DNA of 64,000 nucleotides from Macrostomum hystrix (taxonomy: Eukaryota > Animalia > Platyhelminthes). The DNA lies in NCBI GenBank assembly GCA_950097015.1, contig CATNEN010000003.1:4154001-4218000 (forward strand), in the 5' to 3' direction. The position numbers and the translations under genes were made by a program. The notes below the pieces were generated by a model. It was not told the origin of the DNA. It made no database searches and saw only the letters and a list, made by a program, of their open reading frames with translations. This document shows, piece by piece, positions 1-7,873 of the stretch (within the stretch, counting starts at the first letter, position 1; the number at the start of each line of letters is the position of its first letter).

Positions 1-981
1 GTCCCGGGTTCGCACCTCAGCCGCCGCTACCACGAGCTCTGCAGCCTGGCCTTCGCAGGCACGACAGCGCGCTCCTACCGCTGCCAGATTGCCTCTTGGC
101 AACGCTTCTGTAAGCGAACGCGCATTGACAGCACCAGACCGTCAGCACAGCAGGTCGCGCACTACGTCATCGTGCTGGCCGACCGCCTCACATCGCATGC
201 CAGCATTGGCGCATACCTTAACGCCGCCGACCTGTACTGCAAGCTGCAGACTGGCCGCGGCCTCCCAAGCGACCCTCGCATCGACCTGCTCCTCCGCGGC
301 GTGCGACGCAAGCTGGCCAGGCCACCCGCGCGCAAGGCTCCAATCAAGCCAAACCACCTGCTCAAAATGCGGGGAGTACTGCAGCTGCATATTCCGGAGG
401 ACGCAGCCTTCTGGGCGGCTGTCCTGGTCGGATTCTGGGGCCTGCTGCGCCGCGCAAACCTGTGCTGCCCGACCCCAATGCCGCCACCGGGAGAGGCCAT
501 CATCGTTAAAGACCTACGGCTGGGCTCGGACCTGGCAATCCTGCATGTCCGCAAGTCCAAGACCAATCAGTTCCGTGAGCGAGTGCACCGCGTGGTCCTG
601 CCACGCCTTCGACGCGAGGCGCAGCACCCGCTCTGTCCGGTGGCAGCGCTGCGACACCACCTGCACGCCAACCAGCCCGTCCCTGCTTCAGCCCATCTCT
701 TCGCCTTCCGCCATTGCGGTGGTCTCGTGCCAATGACCGCCACCCGGTTCTGCCGCCTGTTTCGCCGCGCAGTCAACCTCGCCGGCCTGGGAGGACTATC
801 GCTCTCACCGCACAGCCTCCGTCGCGGTGGTGCCTCCCTAGCCTTTCGGGAAGGCATCCCGCTGCCCGTCGTCAAGGCGCTGGGAGACTGGCGGAGTTCG
901 GCGGTGGAGGCGTACCTTGGGTTGGAGTCGGGCCTCGACCTGCAACTGGCAGCTGCTCAAAAACTATCAGCGTGCGTTTGA
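1..981 (+). CDS. Tyrosine recombinase (phage-integrase family) of a DIRS-type retrotransposon, 5'-incomplete
   Basis: Frame is open from position 1 (…AFAGTTARSYRCQIASWQRFC…). Catalytic motifs: GFWGLLR (R), RKSKTNQ (K), LCPV, HSLRRGGA (HxxR), LGDWRS…Y. Confidence 0.9.
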   Translation, partial: VPGSHLSRRYHELCSLAFAGTTARSYRCQIASWQRFCKRTRIDSTRPSAQQVAHYVIVLADRLTSHASIGAYLNAADLYCKLQTGRGLPSDPRIDLLLRGVRRKLARPPARKAPIKPNHLLKMRGVLQLHIPEDAAFWAAVLVGFWGLLRRANLCCPTPMPPPGEAIIVKDLRLGSDLAILHVRKSKTNQFRERVHRVVLPRLRREAQHPLCPVAALRHHLHANQPVPASAHLFAFRHCGGLVPMTATRFCRLFRRAVNLAGLGGLSLSPHSLRRGGASLAFREGIPLPVVKALGDWRSSAVEAYLGLESGLDLQLAAAQKLSACV

Positions 982-1247
982 CCCTTGATCTGTCGCTCAA
1001 ACATTCTTTGTGACCTCTTTCTTTTGTACTCGCTGTGGACCAAGTGCCGGCGGCTTCTGTCTTCTGTATTTTTTTGCTTCACGTTTAGTTGTTGTGCTGC
1101 GCTCGCTGGTCTTGCTTGTAACTTCTTTACGCCTTCAACCATTTTGTGTTTTATGTTTTAGCTCTGTTTTAAGTGCGTACCGGCGTCACCCTATTTTGCA
1201 TTTTATGTTGCGTGCCTCCCCCCCTTCCTCTTCCTTTTTTTTGGGTT

Positions 1248-1339
1248 TGGGCCATAGACGGTGCCCTTCCCTCGTTCGCTCTCTGCTGTGTCGCATCTGC
1301 TGTCTCTGTCTGCCTTCGTGCCTGGGAGTGTGGTGTTTA
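1248..1339 (+). repeat. Split direct repeat copy B1 (92 bp)
   Basis: tgggccatagacggtgccc…gtggtgttta, identical to 1592-1683. Confidence 0.9.
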
Positions 1340-1591
1340 GTGTCCAATCGGCGCTCGCTGATTGGGTGTAAACACCCACCCCAGGCACCCACCCCAGGCA
1401 CCCACCCCTCCGCTTTTAGCTGGGTTGTATTTCAGCCGGCACCCCCGTGCTGCCCAGCCTTGTCTCTTCGCGCTGCGTGGTGTGAAATTTTTTTCTTTTT
1501 CCTTGCTTCCTTTTTTCTTTCTTGCTTTTGCCTTTTTGTGTGCATTTTGAATACTTCCTTTGAAATAATTTATTTGCAAATATATCGTATG

Positions 1592-1683
1592 TGGGCCATA
1601 GACGGTGCCCTTCCCTCGTTCGCTCTCTGCTGTGTCGCATCTGCTGTCTCTGTCTGCCTTCGTGCCTGGGAGTGTGGTGTTTA
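1592..1683 (+). repeat. Split direct repeat copy B2 (92 bp); probable element terminus
   Basis: Identical to 1248-1339. Confidence 0.9.
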
Positions 1684-2126
1684 ACCCATAGACAACAAAC
1701 AGTCGAGCGCATAATAAAACGATAATGCCATTCTGGATTCAAGGCTTTTCTGGATTGTTGTCGTTGTTGACACATAATAAAATAAGTCAAGTGAGCTAAC
1801 TTTGTGGGCAATAAAACGAAAGTTAATAAGATAGCCCGAGGAACATAAGCGGCGGTCTATGTACAATATATGTACATTGCAACACTTGTCACTGTACATA
1901 TGATACATAGTTTTATTCCTATACCCAAACACGCTCAAAGTATTTAAATTATTTTGACGCTAGCGAAGCATACACATAAACGGCAGCCTAGCTGAGTGCC
2001 AATAATTTGGCACTCACTGCACCATATGCTCACTCTAAGTTCACTCTGCCGATTCAGTAGTGTCGTCAAGTACGCCAATCGTATTTTTTTGCTTGATTAT
2101 ATCACAACTCGAACATCTGAATGACC

Positions 2127-2132
2127 TTTATT
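2127..2132 (-). promoter_or_regulatory. Candidate polyadenylation signal (AATAAA) of the polyprotein gene
   Basis: tttatt on + strand, ~250 nt downstream of the stop at 2382. Confidence 0.4.
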
Positions 2133-2381
2133 TATGGCCTTGGCCTCTCATGTACCACATACTGCTGTTCAATGACTGAAGCACTACAAGTATGCTTCTT
2201 GTATAGGGGCAAGTAAACTGGCCTTCTATTTTGTCAAACACTATGTCAAATCCAATTTCTAAATTAAGTATTTTTACGAGACAGAACAAAATATTAGCGA
2301 AAATATAGACTCTGCTCGGATTTTGCACGAGCACCTGTATTTTTGTCTAATTGACTACGATATAAGAACATTTACGCATTT

Positions 2382-5300
2382 TCAGTTGCGATTCTCCAGC
2401 CACTCCAGGACCTTGATCAGAAGATCTTTGACGAGTCCGGAAGCCTCCTGCAGCAGCTTCTTGGCCAGCTGGATGGCGGCCTGCTTTCCGTGCTCAGCCA
2501 GCTCCTTCAGGATGGCCTTGACCTGGTCGATGTTGATGCCGATGATGTCCAGGATGTAGGCGTCGTCGTTGCGGTTCTCCAGCCACTCGAGGACCTTGAT
2601 CAGCAGATCCTTGACGAGTCCGGAAGCCTCCTGAATCAGCTTCTTGGCCAGCTGGATGGCGGCCTGCTTTCCGTGCTCAGCCAGCTCCTTCAGGATGGCC
2701 TTGACCTGGTCGATGTTGATGCCGATGATGTCCAGAATGAAGGCAGACCTCTGGCGCTCGAGCATCTCGAGGACCTTGATGAGGATGTCCTTCAGGGCAC
2801 CGCTGGCGTGCTCGAGGAACTTCTTGGCCAGCTCGATGGCAGCGTTCAGACCGTGCTGGGCCAGCTCCTTCAGGATGGCCTTGACCTCCTCGATGTTGAT
2901 GCCGATCAGGTCCAGGATGAAGGCGTCGTCGTTGCGGTTCTCCAGCCACTCGAGGACCTTGATCAGAAGATCTTTGACGAGTCCGGAAGCCTCCTGCAGC
3001 AGCTTCTTGGCCAGCTGGATGGCGGCCTGCTTTCCGTGCTCAGCCAGCTCCTTCAGGATGGCCTTGACCTGGTCGATGTTGATGCCGATGATGTCCAGGA
3101 TGTAGGCGTCGTCGTTGCGGTTCTCCAGCCACTCGAGGACCTTGATCAGCAGATCCTTGACGAGTCCGGAAGCCTCCTGCAGCAGCTTCTTGGCCAGCTC
3201 GATGGCGGCCTGCTTTCCGTGCTCAGCCAGCTCCTTCAGGATGGCCTTGACCTGCTCGATGTTGATGCCGATGATGTCCAGAATGAAGGCAGACCTCTGG
3301 CGCTCGAGCATCTCGAGGACCTTGATGAGGATGTCCTTCAGGGCACCGCTGGCGTGCTCGAGGAACTTCTTGGCCAGCTCGATGGCAGCGTTCAGACCGT
3401 GCTGGGCCAGCTCCTTCAGGATGGCCTTGACCTCCTCGATGTTGATGCCGATCAGGTCCAGGATGAAGGCGTCGTCGTTGCGGTTCTCCAGCCACTCGAG
3501 GACCTTGATCAGAAGATCTTTGACGAGTCCGGAAGCCTCCTGCAGCAGCTTCTTGGCCAGCTGGATGGCGGCCTGCTTTCCGTGCTCAGCCAGCTCCTTC
3601 AGGATGGCCTTGACCTGGTCGATGTTGATGCCGATGATGTCCAGGATGTAGGCGTCGTCGTTGCGGTTCTCCAGCCACTCGAGGACCTTGATCAGCAGAT
3701 CCTTGACGAGTCCGGAAGCCTCCTGCAGCAGCTTCTTGGCCAGCTCGATGGCGGCCTGCTTTCCGTGCTCAGCCAGCTCCTTCAGGATGGCCTTGACCTG
3801 CTCGATGTTGATGCCGATGATGTCCAGAATGAAGGCAGACCTCTGGCGCTCGAGCATCTCGAGGACCTTGATGAGGATGTCCTTCAGGGCACCGCTGGCG
3901 TGCTCGAGGAACTTCTTGGCCAGCTCGATGGCAGCGTTCAGACCGTGCTGGGCCAGCTCCTTCAGGATGGCCTTGACCTCCTCGATGTTGATGCCGATCA
4001 GGTCCAGGATGAAGGCGTCGTCGTTGCGGTTCTCCAGCCACTCCAGGACCTTGATCAGAAGATCTTTGACGAGTCCGGAAGCCTCCTGCAGCAGCTTCTT
4101 GGCCAGCTGGATGGCGGCCTGCTTTCCGTGCTCAGCCAGCTCCTTCAGGATGGCCTTGACCTGGTCGATGTTGATGCCGATGATGTCCAGGATGTAGGCG
4201 TCGTCGTTGCGGTTCTCCAGCCACTCGAGGACCTTGATCAGCAGATCCTTGACGAGTCCGGAAGCCTCCTGCAGCAGCTTCTTGGCCAGCTCGATGGCGG
4301 CCTGCTTTCCGTGCTCAGCCAGCTCCTTCAGGATGGCCTTGACCTGCTCGATGTTGATGCCGATGATGTCCAGAATGAAGGCAGACCTCTGGCGCTCGAG
4401 CATCTCGAGGACCTTGATGAGGATGTCCTTCAGGGCACCGCTGGCGTGCTCGAGGAACTTCTTGGCCAGCTCGATGGCAGCGTTCAGACCGTGCTGGGCC
4501 AGCTCCTTCAGGATGGCCTTGACCTCCTCGATGTTGATGCCGATCAGGTCCAGGATGAAGGCGTCGTCGTTGCGGTTCTCCAGCCACTCGAGGACCTTGA
4601 TCAGAAGATCTTTGACGAGTCCGGAAGCCTCCTGCAGCAGCTTCTTGGCCAGCTGGATGGCGGCCTGCTTTCCGTGCTCAGCCAGCTCCTTCAGGATGGC
4701 CTTGACCTGGTCGATGTTGATGCCGATGATGTCCAGGATGTAGGCGTCGTCGTTGCGGTTCTCCAGCCACTCGAGGACCTTGATCAGCAGATCCTTGACG
4801 AGTCCGGAAGCCTCCTGCAGCAGCTTCTTGGCCAGCTCGATGGCGGCCTGCTTTCCGTGCTCAGCCAGCTCCTTCAGGATGGCCTTGACCTGCTCGATGT
4901 TGATGCCGATGATGTCCAGAATGAAGGCAGACCTCTGGCGCTCGAGCATCTCGAGGACCTTGATGAGGATGTCCTTCAGGGCACCGCTGGCGTGCTCGAG
5001 GAACTTCTTGGCCAGCTCGATGGCAGCGTTCAGACCGTGCTGGGCCAGCTCCTTCAGGATGGCCTTGACCTCCTCGATGTTGATGCCGATCAGGTCCAGG
5101 ATGAAGGCGTCGTCGTTGCGGTTCTCCAGCCACTCCAGGACCTTGATCAGAAGATCTTTGACGAGTCCGGAAGCCTCCTGCAGCAGCTTCTTGGCCAGCT
5201 GGATGGCGGCCTGCTTTCCGTGCTCAGCCAGCTCCTTCAGGATGGCCTTGACCTGGTCGATGTTGATGCCGATGATGTCCAGGATGTAGGCGTCGTCGTT

Positions 5301-6299
5301 GCGGTTCTCCAGCCACTCGAGGACCTTGATCAGCAGATCCTTGACGAGTCCGGAAGCCTCCTGCAGCAGCTTCTTGGCCAGCTCGATGGCGGCCTGCTTT
5401 CCGTGCTCAGCCAGCTCCTTCAGGATGGCCTTGACCTGCTCGATGTTGATGCCGATGATGTCCAGAATGAAGGCAGACCTCTGGCGCTCGAGCATCTCGA
5501 GGACCTTGATGAGGATGTCCTTCAGGGCACCGCTGGCGTGCTCGAGGAACTTCTTGGCCAGCTCGATGGCAGCGTTCAGACCGTGCTGGGCCAGCTCCTT
5601 CAGGATGGCCTTGACCTCCTCGATGTTGATGCCGATCAGGTCCAGGATGAAGGCGTCGTCGTTGCGGTTCTCCAGCCACTCCAGGACCTTGATCAGAAGA
5701 TCTTTGACGAGTCCGGAAGCCTCCTGCAGCAGCTTCTTGGCCAGCTGGATGGCGGCCTGCTTTCCGTGCTCAGCCAGCTCCTTCAGGATGGCCTTGACCT
5801 GGTCGATGTTGATGCCGATGATGTCCAGGATGTAGGCGTCGTCGTTGCGGTTCTCCAGCCACTCGAGGACCTTGATCAGCAGATCCTTGACGAGTCCGGA
5901 AGCCTCCTGCAGCAGCTTCTTGGCCAGCTCGATGGCGGCCTGCTTTCCGTGCTCAGCCAGCTCCTTCAGGATGGCCTTGACCTGCTCGATGTTGATGCCG
6001 ATGATGTCCAGAATGAAGGCAGACCTCTGGCGCTCGAGCATCTCGAGGACCTTGATGAGGATGTCCTTCAGGGCACCGCTGGCGTGCTCGAGGAACTTCT
6101 TGGCCAGCTCGATGGCAGCGTTCAGACCGTGCTGGGCCAGCTCCTTCAGGATGGCCTTGACCTCCTCGATGTTGATGCCGATCAGGTCCAGGATGTAAGC
6201 ATCCTCCTGAAGTTCAGCATTGCCGGCCCCCTGAAGAGGAGCGGCCTGGGCGAAGGCGAATGCCAAAGAGGCAAGTCCTAGTAGAATCCAGAGCTTCAT
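2382..6299 (-). CDS. Secreted tandem-repeat polyprotein (1305 aa): signal peptide, acidic pro-piece and 21 amphipathic helical units; function unknown
   Basis: ATG in good context (aaccATG); signal peptide MKLWILLGLASLAFAFAQA; pro-piece ending QEDA at aa 34. The remaining 1271 aa equal 7 x 182 minus the terminal DDA. Single exon, strong GC3 codon bias against AT-rich flanks, no Cys. Confidence 0.9.
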   Translation of the reverse strand: MKLWILLGLASLAFAFAQAAPLQGAGNAELQEDAYILDLIGINIEEVKAILKELAQHGLNAAIELAKKFLEHASGALKDILIKVLEMLERQRSAFILDIIGINIEQVKAILKELAEHGKQAAIELAKKLLQEASGLVKDLLIKVLEWLENRNDDAYILDIIGINIDQVKAILKELAEHGKQAAIQLAKKLLQEASGLVKDLLIKVLEWLENRNDDAFILDLIGINIEEVKAILKELAQHGLNAAIELAKKFLEHASGALKDILIKVLEMLERQRSAFILDIIGINIEQVKAILKELAEHGKQAAIELAKKLLQEASGLVKDLLIKVLEWLENRNDDAYILDIIGINIDQVKAILKELAEHGKQAAIQLAKKLLQEASGLVKDLLIKVLEWLENRNDDAFILDLIGINIEEVKAILKELAQHGLNAAIELAKKFLEHASGALKDILIKVLEMLERQRSAFILDIIGINIEQVKAILKELAEHGKQAAIELAKKLLQEASGLVKDLLIKVLEWLENRNDDAYILDIIGINIDQVKAILKELAEHGKQAAIQLAKKLLQEASGLVKDLLIKVLEWLENRNDDAFILDLIGINIEEVKAILKELAQHGLNAAIELAKKFLEHASGALKDILIKVLEMLERQRSAFILDIIGINIEQVKAILKELAEHGKQAAIELAKKLLQEASGLVKDLLIKVLEWLENRNDDAYILDIIGINIDQVKAILKELAEHGKQAAIQLAKKLLQEASGLVKDLLIKVLEWLENRNDDAFILDLIGINIEEVKAILKELAQHGLNAAIELAKKFLEHASGALKDILIKVLEMLERQRSAFILDIIGINIEQVKAILKELAEHGKQAAIELAKKLLQEASGLVKDLLIKVLEWLENRNDDAYILDIIGINIDQVKAILKELAEHGKQAAIQLAKKLLQEASGLVKDLLIKVLEWLENRNDDAFILDLIGINIEEVKAILKELAQHGLNAAIELAKKFLEHASGALKDILIKVLEMLERQRSAFILDIIGINIEQVKAILKELAEHGKQAAIELAKKLLQEASGLVKDLLIKVLEWLENRNDDAYILDIIGINIDQVKAILKELAEHGKQAAIQLAKKLLQEASGLVKDLLIKVLEWLENRNDDAFILDLIGINIEEVKAILKELAQHGLNAAIELAKKFLEHASGALKDILIKVLEMLERQRSAFILDIIGINIDQVKAILKELAEHGKQAAIQLAKKLIQEASGLVKDLLIKVLEWLENRNDDAYILDIIGINIDQVKAILKELAEHGKQAAIQLAKKLLQEASGLVKDLLIKVLEWLENRN
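2385..6197 (-). repeat. Coding tandem repeat: 7 x 546 nt, each made of three related 180/183/183-nt subunits
   Basis: Shadow ORFs recur every 546 nt (3115, 3661, 4207, 4753, 5299, 5845); copies differ at only a few sites. Confidence 0.95.
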
Positions 6300-7756
6300 G
6301 GTTGATTAGGTACTGATGGTCTGATTTAAATTCCCTGTTTTATTTATACTGTTCAGATTTGCTTGCACTGAGTATGCAGTTTTTTTCGTATGGTGTTTTC
6401 TCATTGTTATCAGTCTTTTAGATTTGGTTGCTACTTCTTTTGCGTGCGTATCAGTGACGAAATGGCAATGGAATTTAGCATTTCGATTGTTGGTATATTC
6501 CGCGAATTTTTTTATCTTCAATAAGGCCATTGTTTTTTAGCTGCATAGATATTTGCTGACAGCTTTCCTTGCGTTTTTACAGACTAAGAATTTAGTTTTT
6601 TGTGTCAAAACAGAAGTGCCATAAAATGTGATTAATTTGAATAAAAGAGTAGAAACGTTTAATAATTCAGTAGCAAATAATGCCAGAAACTCTTAAAACG
6701 TCCTGTTAATTGAAGTTCTGCCTGATAGTTTAATAAACTTCTTTTATTTGATCTTATTTCTAAATCATTCTGAAGTCAAAGTTGGGCTTGGTACCACTTG
6801 CCCCGACTGCAACATACGTAGCCCAATCTTGTACTTTGTTTTACTCACTATATTGCATTATTGGACATTTTTGACGTGGCTATCTACGCTCGTATTCCTT
6901 ATTTTATTTCTCTCCATCAGAAACTTGTGAAGCCAGTTGTTTTGGCTAGTCGAATATGCATTTTTTAATGCCATGCTTCTAAATTGCCGACTGCTGGTCG
7001 ATTTCGCATGCGTCACCGTGGGCCATTTTTTAACGTCCATCAGAATAGATGCATCGTACGAGCGTATTTGTTCGTTTGTGCAGATTGCACAGAGGATGAA
7101 AATGCAAAGTGAAAATGCGAAGCGAATTTGTACTAGGCCAGAAAAGTAGACTACAGCTGCCTTCAGCATCTGCAGCGCAGATGGGATTTGGTCATTAGCG
7201 CCGATGCAGAGCCAAGTTTCTGTAGCGCAGTCCTTTTTCCTAATTTGGAAGTCCCATGGAATCGATCCCAGAATATTCTTGCCGTCATTCTCTTCCATTT
7301 GCCTTAGCCCAATCCGCGCTAGCACTAGTATCCCGATCCCCTTCCCCATCAGTTTGCCTGGCATTTATGCCCCGGCTTAACATCCCAATCCGGCCAGACC
7401 GCGCTCACAAACGCTCGGCGGGGTCCAAATTTCGTCTAGAGAGCGCGGCTGCAGGCAAGTAGGCAGGTAGGGCTAGGACCTTCAAGCCACAGTTGAGCTT
7501 GTTGGCAGGCGAAGGTTCCCGCAGTTGTCAGGACAGAAACTAGCCTTGAAGCCTGCGGACCTCAAGTTAACTCAGCGCGTGTCCTGAACCGGAACTGATC
7601 GGCTTCCTTGAAGGAGAAACATTTTTTATCGCTTCGACTTATTTACCTTTCTTTTCTTCTTTCCTTCATTACTTTAGTATTTAAGCTTGCCTTTGTTTAA
7701 GTAGTTACGAGCGACCGCACAGTAGTTTTTAGCAAAAATAAGAGAGCTACACAAAC

Positions 7757-7873
7757 ATGTCAGACCACAGTTCAGCTTCATCGGACTTTTCGGAGACTCA
7801 TCCTTCAACCACAACTATCAGCACGGTTGCTGTGCAGGCTGGTCCTGCCAGAATCGTATTGGCTGTGCTGCGG
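7757..7873 (+). CDS. Titin-like exon 1: CCDC141-like N-terminus (MSDHSS…STTTISTVAVQAGPARIVLAVLR)
   Basis: ATG 7757, 39 codons, donor gtaagt at 7874. Not in the ORF track. Resembles the CCDC141 N-terminus as I recall it (STTTVSSVAVQAGDSKIVIAVIK). Confidence 0.8.

Larger units (their letters stand above)
1..1683 (+). mobile_element. 3' part of a tyrosine-recombinase retrotransposon (DIRS order, Ngaro/PAT-like split direct repeats), truncated by the window start
   Basis: YR ORF followed by two identical 92-bp direct repeats (1248-1339, 1592-1683) around a ~250-bp spacer, the B1-A2-B2 arrangement of Ngaro/PAT elements. Sequence after 1683 is unrelated and AT-rich. Confidence 0.8.

Noticed and set aside
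1-981. Prophage integrase or bacterial contamination
   Set aside because: Motifs (LCPV, HSLRRGGA, GDWRS) and split direct repeats fit a eukaryotic DIRS-type YR, contiguous with intron-containing genes.
1010-1811. Several 60-224 aa ORFs on both strands
   Set aside because: Low-complexity T-rich terminal region of the retrotransposon, with no recognisable protein features.
1993-2016. 10-bp-stem hairpin (tgagtgccaa-taat-ttggcactca) as a terminator or Helitron end
   Set aside because: Eukaryotic context, no U-tract, and CTRR spacing does not fit a Helitron; no function can be supported.
2490-6281. 1263-aa + strand ORF antisense to the polyprotein, plus the 178-aa and 90-aa repeated ORFs
   Set aside because: Shadow frames. 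The GC3-biased sense repeat avoids TTA/CTA/TCA codons, and repetition propagates the open frame. Only the - strand ORF has an ATG, a signal peptide and a coherent end.
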